Under the pieces are notes generated by a model that was not told where the DNA came from, made no database searches, and saw only the letters and a program-made list of their open reading frames with translations. This document shows positions 54,393-63,995 of a DNA stretch of 64,000 nucleotides, in pieces. Each line of letters opens with the position of its first letter. The stretch's first letter is position 1. Origin of the DNA: Polyangiales bacterium. Its GTDB lineage: Bacteria; Myxococcota_A; Polyangia; Polyangiales; Polyangiaceae. Where the stretch lies: the NCBI GenBank assembly GCA_038231275.1, contig JBBRLQ010000001.1, positions 160,001-224,000 on the forward strand, in the 5' to 3' direction. A program made the translations under genes and the position numbers.

Positions 54393-55883
54393 CTACTCGC
54401 CGCCCTTCTTCTTCTTGGGCGGGAGCGGCGGCGGGCTCGACGGACCGGCGGGCGGCGGCTTCTGGGAGGGTGGCGGCTTGGAGGCCGGGCCCGAGCCGCT
54501 GCTCGCGGGCGGCGGCGGCGTCGACGCCCTAGGCGCGCTCGGCGGCCCGGAGTTGGCGGTGGACGGCGAGGTGGACGAAGACGTGGACGTCATCGCGGCG
54601 ACGGAGACGGCCGGCGGCGCGGGCGGGAACGACTTGGTCGTCGGTCGCTCGATCTTGGGAACGCTCGGCGCGCCGTCGCTGCGCATCGTCGGGATCTCGG
54701 CCGTCGGCTGCGGGAACGTCGGCACCTCCGCCGTGTTCTCTTTGATCGTCGGCATCGGGCCGGTCTTCGACGGCGGGGGTGGCGCCTTGGGGATGGCGAC
54801 GTTCGGCAGCACGGGCATCGCCGCCGTGTGCACCGGCGGCTGGCTCGCGAGCGGCATGCCCATCATCGTCCCCATCTTGGGCGGCACGCTCGCCTTCGGG
54901 TCGAGCGCTGGCGGCGGCGGCGCCTCGTCGAGGTCGTTGTCGTCTTGGTCGCCGATGTTCACGCGATCGCCGACGATGTAGAGCGGGCGCTGCTTCACCT
55001 GCTCGTAGATGCGCCCGACGTACTCGCCGAGGATGCCGATCATGACGAGCTGCACGCTCGCGAGGAGCGACGTGATCACGACCTGCGCGGTCCACCCCGG
55101 CACCGTCGAGCTCAAGATGAAGTGCACGAACATCGCCCACAGCGCGACGAGCACGCTCATGAAGCTGATGAAGAAGCCGAGGTACGTCGACAGCCGGAGC
55201 GGGACGACCGAGAACGACGTGATGCCGTCCACCGCGAAACGCAGCATCTTGCGGAGCGGGTACTTGGTCTCGCCCGCGAAGCGCGCCGGCCGGTCGTAGA
55301 GCACCGCCGTCTGCTTGAAGCCGATCCACGAGACCATGCCGCGCACGAAGCGGTGCGCCTCGCGGAGCGATCGCAGCGCGACCACGACACGGCGGCTCAT
55401 CAGCCGGAAGTCACCGGTGTCGAGCGGGACCTCGATCGGGATCATCTTCGCGAACAGGCGGTAAAACACCTTCGCCGTGAAGAGCTTGAACGCGGTCTCG
55501 CCCTCGCGCGAGCGACGTTGGCCGTAAACGACGTCGTAGCCCTCGCGCCATTTCTGGACCATCTCGAGGACGACCTCGGGCGGATCCTGCAGATCTGCGT
55601 CCATCACCACCACGGCCTCGCCGCGCGCGTAGTCGATCCCCGCGCTCACCGCGGTCTGATGACCGAAGTTGCGCGCGAACGAGAGGACGCGGTAGCGCGG
55701 CTCGGCGGCGGCGACGCCACGGAGGATCTGGAACGAGAGATCCTTCGATCCGTCGTTGACGAAGATCACTTCGGTGTCGAGCTGCAGCCTCTCCAAGAAC
55801 GACTGGAGCTGCGTGTGAAGCTCGGGGATGACCTCCTCCTCGTTGTAAATCGGGAGGACCAGGCTGATCACGGGGCGTGCCAT
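54393..55883 (-). CDS. GtrB-like GT2 polyprenyl-phosphate glycosyltransferase with long Pro-rich C-terminal tail
   Basis: LPIYNEE, FVNDGSKD, RNFGHQTA, MDADLQDPP, DTGDFRLMSR, two C-terminal TMs, LGEYVGRIYEQVKQRPLY. Confidence 0.92.
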   Translation of the reverse strand: MARPVISLVLPIYNEEEVIPELHTQLQSFLERLQLDTEVIFVNDGSKDLSFQILRGVAAAEPRYRVLSFARNFGHQTAVSAGIDYARGEAVVVMDADLQDPPEVVLEMVQKWREGYDVVYGQRRSREGETAFKLFTAKVFYRLFAKMIPIEVPLDTGDFRLMSRRVVVALRSLREAHRFVRGMVSWIGFKQTAVLYDRPARFAGETKYPLRKMLRFAVDGITSFSVVPLRLSTYLGFFISFMSVLVALWAMFVHFILSSTVPGWTAQVVITSLLASVQLVMIGILGEYVGRIYEQVKQRPLYIVGDRVNIGDQDDNDLDEAPPPPALDPKASVPPKMGTMMGMPLASQPPVHTAAMPVLPNVAIPKAPPPPSKTGPMPTIKENTAEVPTFPQPTAEIPTMRSDGAPSVPKIERPTTKSFPPAPPAVSVAAMTSTSSSTSPSTANSGPPSAPRASTPPPPASSGSGPASKPPPSQKPPPAGPSSPPPLPPKKKKGGE

Positions 55884-55923
55884 TGGTCCGGCGTTTATAG
55901 CGGGGCCGCGGGCGCTTGTATCG

Positions 55924-57762
55924 TCAGAAGAAGATCCGCGGGCACCTCGCCCGATCGGCGCCCCGCGCGCGCTGCTCGTCGAGGGTCGCCTGCTGCGCGA
56001 GGTTCGACGCGCGCTCGAGATCGGCGATCTTGTACCAGAGGCACGGGCGACGCGCGCCGTAGCGCTCGGCCTCGTTGCGCAGGAGCGTGAGGCGATCGCG
56101 TCCCGGCGGCTCCCACATCCCCATGAACCACGGGACCTCGTTGGGGACGTGGATCGCGTCGGCGCCTTCGGGGATGGAGTACGCGGGGAGCATCCCCAAG
56201 GCGAAAACCGCGAGCACCGTGACGACGCGCCCTGCGTACGCGAGGCGCAGGCGTGGGAGCGCGAAGGCGGCGAGGAGCGTCGCGCCGAGGAGACAGCCCA
56301 GGGCGATGTACCACGGCGTCGTGCTCGTCCACCCCAGCGGCTCGGCGAGGTGATGCGGCACGAAGCCGGTGCGGATCATCGGCACCGCGACCTGTACGAA
56401 CGGGCGCGTGATGACCTCTGGCAGCGTGTCGAACAAGAGCCCGACCGTGCCGATCGTCACGACGCTCGCGAGGGCGAGGCCTCCCGCGATCGCACGAACG
56501 GGCTCGCGCGCCCAAGGGTGGCGACGCGCGATCGCCTCGAGCGCGACGACGGCGCCGAACGCATAGAACGGCGGCGCTGCTCCCTGGTAGCGCGGCCCGA
56601 CGCTCCAGCCCGCGCGCCACTCGATGATCCCCGCGTTCACGGCGAGAAGCACGGCCATGCACACGAGCCACACGAAGCTCGCGACGCGCAGGACGCGGCG
56701 CTCGCGGCGGCTCTTCGCGACCGGCCACAAAAAGCCGAAGGGGAGCGCGAGCAGACCGAGCGCGAGGTACGGGCTCATCGCGAAGAGCCCGAAGCCGGGA
56801 TCGAGGCTGAGCGCGGTCACGTGCTCCCACGTCGGCCAAATCACGCCCCAGAGACCGGTCTGGTGCTCGGCGGCGAACTTCGCCGACTCGAGCAGCTGGT
56901 GTCCGGGGGTGAATGGATTGTTGTACGCGCGCCAGTGGAACCACATGACGAGCGGCACGTTGATCGCGCCGCCGAGACAGAACGCGAGCGCCGCGCGCCA
57001 CTTGCGGAACACGACGATGCCGAAGAGGCACAGGAGCACGATGACGAAGAGCGCGTGGTACTCGAGCATCACGCACGCCGACGCGAACCAGCCACACCAG
57101 AACGCGCGCGAGGGTCGTCGCCTCTTCGGAACGCCGCGCGAGTCGGCGAGCGCCTCGACCGCGATCGCGAAGCACGCGAACGAGCACACCGCGTAGAGCG
57201 CGTGGCTCGCGAACATGTGAACGTACGCGAGGTAGTTGGTGCCGAGCCCCGCCGCCGCGACCGCCGACAAGCGCAGCGACACGTCCCCCGAGAAGCGACG
57301 CAAGAAGCGCTCGAACCACACGAGGAAGACGAAGCACGGCAGCTGCACCGCCGAGATGCGGCACGCCCACGTGCTCCACCGCAGCCACGTCATCCGCACC
57401 TCCTCGGGCGCGGTCGGCTCGGGAAAATGCCTACCAAAGAGGCCCGACGCCTTCTTGAAGAGCCAATAGCCGGGCAGCGCCGCGTAGACGACGCCCGGCG
57501 CCTTCACCATGAAGTAGTGCGACAGGCCGTCGTCTTTGGACTTCACGCGGGCCATGTCGTTGACCCAGCCGAACGTCTGCACCTCGGTGTCGATGTTGAA
57601 GGTGCGCTGCTCGACGAGCGACATCACCGTGAAGACGCGCACGTACTCGTTGGGGTTGTTGATACCCCGGAGGTACGGGAACACGAAGAACATCGGTACC
57701 AGCGCCAGCGCGAAGAAGATTCGCGTCGCGCGCCGGGCGGAGCCGCTCTCGCGGGGGGTCAT
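55924..57762 (-). CDS. Integral membrane GT-C-like glycosyltransferase
   Basis: First-loop NNPNEYVR...D...KAPG, many TM helices, NNPFTPG, SVGPRY; start overlaps the MTase stop (ATGA). Confidence 0.65.
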   Translation of the reverse strand: MTPRESGSARRATRIFFALALVPMFFVFPYLRGINNPNEYVRVFTVMSLVEQRTFNIDTEVQTFGWVNDMARVKSKDDGLSHYFMVKAPGVVYAALPGYWLFKKASGLFGRHFPEPTAPEEVRMTWLRWSTWACRISAVQLPCFVFLVWFERFLRRFSGDVSLRLSAVAAAGLGTNYLAYVHMFASHALYAVCSFACFAIAVEALADSRGVPKRRRPSRAFWCGWFASACVMLEYHALFVIVLLCLFGIVVFRKWRAALAFCLGGAINVPLVMWFHWRAYNNPFTPGHQLLESAKFAAEHQTGLWGVIWPTWEHVTALSLDPGFGLFAMSPYLALGLLALPFGFLWPVAKSRRERRVLRVASFVWLVCMAVLLAVNAGIIEWRAGWSVGPRYQGAAPPFYAFGAVVALEAIARRHPWAREPVRAIAGGLALASVVTIGTVGLLFDTLPEVITRPFVQVAVPMIRTGFVPHHLAEPLGWTSTTPWYIALGCLLGATLLAAFALPRLRLAYAGRVVTVLAVFALGMLPAYSIPEGADAIHVPNEVPWFMGMWEPPGRDRLTLLRNEAERYGARRPCLWYKIADLERASNLAQQATLDEQRARGADRARCPRIFF

Positions 57763-58379
57763 TTTCCGGGCGCGAGCGTCATCATCAAGTAGACGACGTG
57801 GCGGCTCGTCGGGTTCGAGGGCACGAGGTCCGACGCCTCGATGCGGAGACCGGCCGCGCGCGCGATCGACTCGTAGCCCTCTTTTTCGCGGCAGTGCTTC
57901 CCGCGATCGAGGAACGCGAGGGCGTTGTTGATGTGGCGGCCGGGGACGTACACGATGTCCTGCGTGACGACGCGCGCGAGCCTCGTCGAGGCCTGGAGCG
58001 TCTTGAGGAGCGCGATGGCATAGTCGTCGGCGACGTGGTGGAGCACGCCGGCGAGGATGGCCGCAGTGGGCGACAGCTCCTTCACCTCGCGCGCGGTGAC
58101 GAGGCCGTGCTCGATGCGCACGTGCGGGCGACCCGCGTACGTCTGGCGCATGTAGTCGACGGCGATCGGATCGGTGTCGTAGCCGACGTACTCGTCGAAG
58201 TTGTCGAGGTACCGGAGGGCGTCGCCGGTGCCGCAGCCGACGTCGAGGATGGTGTGCCGCGGACCGCGCAGGCGATCGTAGAGCGGCGACATGTCGATGC
58301 CGCCGAGCACGCGCGGACGCACCTTGTTGTAGACGAACGGGTGCCCCAAAACGCGCTGATAAAGGCTGCCGAGCGGCAC
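57759..58379 (-). CDS. Class I SAM-dependent methyltransferase
   Basis: ILDVGCGTG, YVGYDTD, GVLHHVAD, FLDRGKH. Confidence 0.85.
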   Translation of the reverse strand: MPLGSLYQRVLGHPFVYNKVRPRVLGGIDMSPLYDRLRGPRHTILDVGCGTGDALRYLDNFDEYVGYDTDPIAVDYMRQTYAGRPHVRIEHGLVTAREVKELSPTAAILAGVLHHVADDYAIALLKTLQASTRLARVVTQDIVYVPGRHINNALAFLDRGKHCREKEGYESIARAAGLRIEASDLVPSNPTSRHVVYLMMTLAPGK

Positions 58380-58411
58380 GGCGGGGCACGCTAGCACGAA
58401 CGCCTCGGCGC

Positions 58412-60418
58412 TCACCACCGCGTCCGCCGGAAGACGGCGCCCCATCGCTCGACGTTCAGGATGCCGACCTCGGCCCAGCCGGAGTCCTTGTCCTTGAGCG
58501 CTTTGTAGCAGGTGGGATCGCCGAGGCCGCAGTACGTCCACGTGGCGCCCGTCGCCGCGACGCGATCGAGGTAATCCGGTCCCTCGGGGACCCAGACCAC
58601 CTTGTTCGAAAAGTCGTTGTTCCAGAAGAGGGCGAGGAACACGCCGTAGGCGCTGGGGAACGCGAGGACCGCGCCGGGGCCCACCTGCTTCTCGCGCAGC
58701 ACACCGACGTCCTTCATGATCGCGGAGCCGACCTTCATGTCGAGCGTGGGGCTGACCGTCGTCGCCTGCGTGACCTCACGCTCTGGATAGGGAATCGCGG
58801 CGAACGCCTTCGCCTCTTCCCATCGGAGCCAACACCGCGGCTCGGTCCAGAAGAAAGACACGATCGACATGATGCCGATCGCGCCGGCGAGGCTCTGCCC
58901 AAACCCTTCGTTGCGACCGGCCGCCCACCCGACCAGGCCGAGCGCGACGCCGACCGACGCGATCTGGTAGCGCGCGCCCCAGAGCGCGGGCGAAAAATAC
59001 AGCATCGGCAAGAGCCCGACCGCGAGCAGCGCCGCGTTGCGCGTGCCGTCCGAAGCGCGCCACACCGGCCGACGAACCAGCCGCGCGAAGAGGTCACGAA
59101 ACGGCGTGAGCGCGAGCAGGAAGACGACGACGAACGTGACCGGGATCACCACCGACGTGATCGCGATGCCGTACTCGTAGGCCTGCGTCATGTGCCCGCG
59201 GTTCATCGCGTACGGGATTCGGTAGAGATCTTCGAGCAGCGTGTCGAACGGCTCGTTCATGTCGATCCGCGATTCACCGGAGTCGTAGGAGCCCGCGCCC
59301 CACTCGACGCCGCCCGGCCAGTGGATGCCGAAGCGCTCGTTGTCGAATTTGAAATCCGGCCAGAACGGGTTCTTGAAATAGTACCAATTGCGCGCGTACG
59401 TCGGCGCGGCGAAGGCCACGATGAGGGCGATGCCGCCGAGCACGGTGCCCAGCGCGCTGAGGCGACGCCCTCGCGAGGTCGCGACGCCGCGGACGGCGGC
59501 GATCATTCCGAAGACGAGCGCGGGCACGATCGCCATGTGCTTGGACGACACCGCGAGGCCCAAGCACAGCGCGGCCATCCACGCGTCGCGGAGGCGAAAC
59601 GTCGGCCGCGTCGCGAAGTGCGCGCCCGCCACCACGAAGGCGGCGTTGTGCACGTCGACGTAGTTGCTCCCGAGCAGGAGCGCGGTGGCCGGCATGCACA
59701 CGATCGACGCGCCGAGGCCGAGCGCCACGCCCTGCGACGCGTACCGCCGCACGAGCAAGTAGACGCTGCCCATGAGCGCGGGCGCCATCAGGTGGTTGAC
59801 CATGTCGATCACGCGGCGGTCCGCGAAGATGACGAACCAGAGCTGCGTCATCTCCGCGAGGCGCGGGTATCCGTTGATCTTCTGCGCGCCTCCCTGCGGC
59901 AAATTCACCGGAGAAAACCCGTGATTTTGGATGGAGAAGCCGACGAGCGGCTCGTGGTACCAAAGCGCGTCCCACTGTCGCCACGAGGGCGTGTAGTAGG
60001 CGGTGAAGAACGTCCAACCGCACATGCACACGGTGAAGAGGACGACGATCGTGACGAGGCTCTTCGCGCGGAAGCCCGCGAGGAGGGTGTCCGAGGGGAG
60101 ACGGATCAGCGTCCATGCGTACCTGAGCACGTCTCTGTCGAACGCGCGCCATCCGGCGGGGCCGCGCGCGACGGCGTAGACGAGGCCGAAGAAGACGGCC
60201 GAGACCCACGCGAGCGGCTTTGCGGCGAGGTGGTTGGTGAGGCCGAGCCCGTAGACCGGCACCATCACGAGCGCGTTCCAGATCATCGTCGCCGCGACGA
60301 CGAGCTCCACGCGCCCCTCGGGACGTAGGCGCACGCAAATCGCGAGCGACGCCAGCGCCGCGAGCACGTTGAGGGCGAGGCTCACCCACACGCCGGAAGG
60401 AAGGGAGTCGAAGGTCAC
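58412..60418 (-). CDS. Integral membrane GT-C-like glycosyltransferase
   Basis: WDALWYHEP, NGYPRLAEM, NYVDV, YARNWYYFKNPFWP, ARY; multi-TM; start estimated at GTG 60418. Confidence 0.65.
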   Translation of the reverse strand: MTFDSLPSGVWVSLALNVLAALASLAICVRLRPEGRVELVVAATMIWNALVMVPVYGLGLTNHLAAKPLAWVSAVFFGLVYAVARGPAGWRAFDRDVLRYAWTLIRLPSDTLLAGFRAKSLVTIVVLFTVCMCGWTFFTAYYTPSWRQWDALWYHEPLVGFSIQNHGFSPVNLPQGGAQKINGYPRLAEMTQLWFVIFADRRVIDMVNHLMAPALMGSVYLLVRRYASQGVALGLGASIVCMPATALLLGSNYVDVHNAAFVVAGAHFATRPTFRLRDAWMAALCLGLAVSSKHMAIVPALVFGMIAAVRGVATSRGRRLSALGTVLGGIALIVAFAAPTYARNWYYFKNPFWPDFKFDNERFGIHWPGGVEWGAGSYDSGESRIDMNEPFDTLLEDLYRIPYAMNRGHMTQAYEYGIAITSVVIPVTFVVVFLLALTPFRDLFARLVRRPVWRASDGTRNAALLAVGLLPMLYFSPALWGARYQIASVGVALGLVGWAAGRNEGFGQSLAGAIGIMSIVSFFWTEPRCWLRWEEAKAFAAIPYPEREVTQATTVSPTLDMKVGSAIMKDVGVLREKQVGPGAVLAFPSAYGVFLALFWNNDFSNKVVWVPEGPDYLDRVAATGATWTYCGLGDPTCYKALKDKDSGWAEVGILNVERWGAVFRRTRW

Positions 60419-60487
60419 GCTTGCCGCGAGGCTACTGCCTCTTGCCGCGCCTGCGCCACGTCGACGTGCGCTAGATTGCGTGCCGCC

Positions 60488-62251
60488 ATGACGCCCGAGC
60501 CGCCGGACCCGCCGATCCGCTCGACGAAGGTGCGCGTCCTCGGCCTCGCGTTGCTCGCGCTGACCCTGAGTGTTTGCGCGTGGTGGCCGGCGCTGTGGGC
60601 CTACCCGAACACGCAAGTCCCCGACGGGCCGCAGTACCACAAGATGCTGGAGGCGGCGCGCGTCACCATCCTCCGCTACCACGAGCTGCCACTGTGGAAC
60701 CCGTTCGAGTGCGGCGGCCTCGCGTTGTGGGACAACCCGCAGTCGTTCATCGGCGCGCCGCTCGCGTGGCTCACGTTCCTCGTCGGGAGTACGCGCACCA
60801 TGGAGATTTGGTACGTCGTCCACGCGGCGCTCGGCTTCGTGTCGATGTGGCTGTTCGCGCGGCACGAGCTGCGCCTCTCGCGCGCGGCCACGCTCGTCGC
60901 CTCGTGCGTGTGGGCATTCAACGGCTTCCACCACCAGCACTACGGCGGCGGGCACTCGACGTTCGTGCCGTTCCTCTACTTCCCGCTGGCCCTCCTCTTT
61001 TGGCGGCGTGCCGAGCACGACGCGCGCATGGCAGTGGGTCTCGGCCTCCTGACCGCGTGGATGTTCTACGAGGGGGCCGTCTACCCGCTGCCGCACCTGG
61101 TCGTGCTGCTGGGCGCGGAGACCCTCACGCGCGCGTGGCCGCCGCGACGGCTCGTGCCCATCGCGCGAGCTGGAGCGATCGCGGCGGTGGTCGGGGTTCT
61201 CGTGGCGGGCTCGCGCCTCATGCCCGTCATCGATCAGCTACGCACGCACACGCGGCCGATAAGCCCCGACTCCGACGTCATGCAGTGGGACACGCTCAAG
61301 CTCGTCTTCCTCTCGCGCGCCCATGAGCGCGCGATCCCCGGTCAGCAGTACGTGTGGGGCGAGTTCGGCGCCTACGTCGGTCCGATCATCTTGGTACTCG
61401 CCTTCGTCGGCATCCTCGCCGGCGGCCTCGAGCACGCGTGGCTCCTCGCGCTCTTCCTCTTCTCGTTCCTCTTGATGCTCGGACACCAGGGAAAGTGGGC
61501 CCCCTGGTCGATCCTCAACGCGCACGTGTACCCCTTCAAGCAGATGCGCGTGCCGTCACGGTTCGTCGCGGAGTGCGCGATGTTCATCGCGATGTTCGCC
61601 GGCATCGCGATCGATCGCGTGAGCGCGCGCGTGGCTGCGTTCTTCGAGAAGCGCGGGGACGTGCAGATCGGCAAGGCGTTCCGCACCGGCCTCCTCGCGC
61701 TCGCCTTCGTCGGCGCGGGCGACATCATGGGCGCGGGCCTGGCGTGGGTCGATCAGTGCTTCAATCAACCGCCCGAGCAGAAGGTCGCCCCGTCCACGCG
61801 CCTCTACCTCGGCGGCCCCGGCCTCGCCGGCTTCATCGACGAGCCTCGCCAGAATCGCGGCCGCATCCAGTGCTGGGACGAGTGGGGCTTCAGCTGGGGC
61901 GCGCACTTCTGGGAGGGCGACGTACCGCAAGCCCGCGCGGCCGATGACGGCGCGGTGGTGGAGGTCGCGAACCGCACGCCGAACACGTTCACGATCGACG
62001 TGGAGGTCACGCGTCCCTCTCGCATCCTCGTCAACACCACCTACGATCGCGGCTGGCGGAGCGACGTAGGGCAGGTCGTCGACAGCGAACGCTTGCTCGC
62101 CCTCGATCTTCCGCCCGGCCGCCACCGCGTCCACCTCGAATATTGGCCGCACGGCCTCACCCTCGGCATCGTGATGTCGCTCGTCGGCTTCGCCGGCGTC
62201 GGGGTCTTCTTCTACCGGCAGCGCCGCAAGCGCGCGATCGCCAGCGACTAG
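60488..62251 (+). CDS. YfhO-like multi-pass membrane protein (GT-C fold)
   Basis: ELPLWNPFECGG..DNPQ, GAYVG, MRVPSRF, LVNTTYDRGW, LPPGRHRVHLEYWP followed by a C-terminal TM. Confidence 0.7.
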   Translation: MTPEPPDPPIRSTKVRVLGLALLALTLSVCAWWPALWAYPNTQVPDGPQYHKMLEAARVTILRYHELPLWNPFECGGLALWDNPQSFIGAPLAWLTFLVGSTRTMEIWYVVHAALGFVSMWLFARHELRLSRAATLVASCVWAFNGFHHQHYGGGHSTFVPFLYFPLALLFWRRAEHDARMAVGLGLLTAWMFYEGAVYPLPHLVVLLGAETLTRAWPPRRLVPIARAGAIAAVVGVLVAGSRLMPVIDQLRTHTRPISPDSDVMQWDTLKLVFLSRAHERAIPGQQYVWGEFGAYVGPIILVLAFVGILAGGLEHAWLLALFLFSFLLMLGHQGKWAPWSILNAHVYPFKQMRVPSRFVAECAMFIAMFAGIAIDRVSARVAAFFEKRGDVQIGKAFRTGLLALAFVGAGDIMGAGLAWVDQCFNQPPEQKVAPSTRLYLGGPGLAGFIDEPRQNRGRIQCWDEWGFSWGAHFWEGDVPQARAADDGAVVEVANRTPNTFTIDVEVTRPSRILVNTTYDRGWRSDVGQVVDSERLLALDLPPGRHRVHLEYWPHGLTLGIVMSLVGFAGVGVFFYRQRRKRAIASD

Positions 62252-63282
62252 CGAATCTCGGTGTACGTCACGACCGCGATCAACGTCAGCATCATCAAGA
62301 GCCCGACGGCATGAACGCTCGTCTCCAGCTTCGCGTCTGCCTTGCGCCGGCTCACCGCCTCGAACAAGAGGAACAGCAGTCGCCCGCCGTCGAGCGCCGG
62401 GAACGGCAGCAGGTTGAACCCACCGAGGTACGCGCTCAGGACGCCTAGCAATCGAAACGCCTCGCCTGGGCCGCTCCGCACGGCGAGCGACGTCTCGCGC
62501 ACGATCCCGACCGGGCCGCTCAGCTCGGGCTTCTCTTTGCCGGAGATCATCCGTCCGAGGCCGATGACCAGCGCCGCGACGACCTTCGGCGGCTCGGTGA
62601 CGCTGAGCACCGCCGCCTCGCCCGGGCCGACGTTGACGTGGTGGTAGTCGGGGCCGATCAGGATCTTGCCCTCGAACTTGTCCCCCTTTTTGCCCGGTGT
62701 GACCTTGAGCGTGATCTCTTTGCCGTCGCGCTCGACGAGGATCGCGATTTCCTCGCCAGGGTGCGCGCTGATCGTCTTCTTGATCTCGTCCCAGTCGTGG
62801 AGACGCTCGCCGTTTGCGGCGAGGAGGCGGTCGCCGTTGCGCATGTCGGCCGCGTTCGCGGGGCCCGACGGGTCGACCCGTACCTTCAGGCTCACATCGT
62901 CCGAGATCGTCCGGCCGCCGAGGAGAAAGCCGAAGAAGAGGAGGATCGACGCGAAGAGGTAGTTGGCGACGGGGCCGCCCGCGATCGTGACGATGCGCGC
63001 CCAGAGCGACGCGTTGGCGTAGCTGCCGGGGTCTTTCGGATCGTTCTCCTCGTACGGGTTCATCCCCGCGATCTGCACGTACGCGAGGAACGGGATGATC
63101 GCGATCTGGTAGACCGTCGGGCTCCCCTTCGGCCGGTGACGCCACAGCGTCGGTCCGAAGCCGATCGAGAAACGCGTGACGCGCATTCCGAATCGACGCG
63201 CGGCGAAGTAGTGACCGCTTTCGTGGACGACCATCAGGACCGCGAGACCGAGGGCCGCCAGGAAGTAAGAAGCGACGGACAT
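62248..63282 (-). CDS. rseP: RIP metalloprotease RseP (M50, PDZ)
   Basis: VHESGHYFAARRFGMRV..FSIGFGP, AGGPVAN, PDZ region, SGPVGI, FNLLPFPALDGG. Confidence 0.92.
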   Translation of the reverse strand: MSVASYFLAALGLAVLMVVHESGHYFAARRFGMRVTRFSIGFGPTLWRHRPKGSPTVYQIAIIPFLAYVQIAGMNPYEENDPKDPGSYANASLWARIVTIAGGPVANYLFASILLFFGFLLGGRTISDDVSLKVRVDPSGPANAADMRNGDRLLAANGERLHDWDEIKKTISAHPGEEIAILVERDGKEITLKVTPGKKGDKFEGKILIGPDYHHVNVGPGEAAVLSVTEPPKVVAALVIGLGRMISGKEKPELSGPVGIVRETSLAVRSGPGEAFRLLGVLSAYLGGFNLLPFPALDGGRLLFLLFEAVSRRKADAKLETSVHAVGLLMMLTLIAVVTYTEIR

Positions 63283-63419
63283 TGAGGTTAAGTCTAAGAC
63301 GACCCCGCGAGCAGCGCCATGGGTCCTGTGATCGGCTTTTTGCCCGCAACTCGACGGCTGGCCTGGCGCAGCGCGACCGAAGGGCGGTTTTGCCTACATG
63401 CCTCCCCCGCCCCGCGTCC

Positions 63420-63995
63420 TCACATGAACGAGACGCCGAGCGAAAAGGTCGGGTAGCCGATGCGCATCGTCAGCGCGACGTGCTCGCTGAAGTGGTAGCG
63501 GCCGCCGAGGTACAGCGCAGGGCGGATGCCGAAGAGCGCGGGCTCGTTGCAGCCGGGGACGTTGTTGCAAATGCTGTCGAAGAAGCCCTTGTAGAGGAAG
63601 AGCCCGGGCTCGCCGAAGACGCTCCACTTTTGCGCGACGAAGAAGTTCCACTGCATGACGACGGGGAACTGGAGAAAATTCGCGCTGCAGTTGGCGGCCC
63701 TGAAATAGCAGCCGTCGTAGTGCAGCAAGTCGACGCCGAAGCCGATGGCGACGCTGTTGTTGATCGACGGGATGAAGCCGTTCTCGATGATCGGGATCGC
63801 GAAGCGGGCGCCGACGCCGTAGCCGTTCGCGGCGTAGATGTCGCCCCAGCCGAACAGCAGATGCGGCTCGATCTCGACCTTGTACGACGGGTGATCGCCG
63901 GGACTCTTGATCGTGTCGTCCGCGCGCGCGGCGCCCGAAGAGAAGACGACGCCTCCGACGAGCGCGGCGGCGGTCAGCGTGCGTGCGAGATCCAT
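63420..63995 (-). CDS. Small outer-membrane beta-barrel-like protein
   Basis: Signal peptide ARA-D; alternating beta strands (GVGARFAIP, AIGFGVD, WSVFGEPG, LYLGGRYHF); ends in LGVSFM. Confidence 0.65.
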   Translation of the reverse strand: MDLARTLTAAALVGGVVFSSGAARADDTIKSPGDHPSYKVEIEPHLLFGWGDIYAANGYGVGARFAIPIIENGFIPSINNSVAIGFGVDLLHYDGCYFRAANCSANFLQFPVVMQWNFFVAQKWSVFGEPGLFLYKGFFDSICNNVPGCNEPALFGIRPALYLGGRYHFSEHVALTMRIGYPTFSLGVSFM

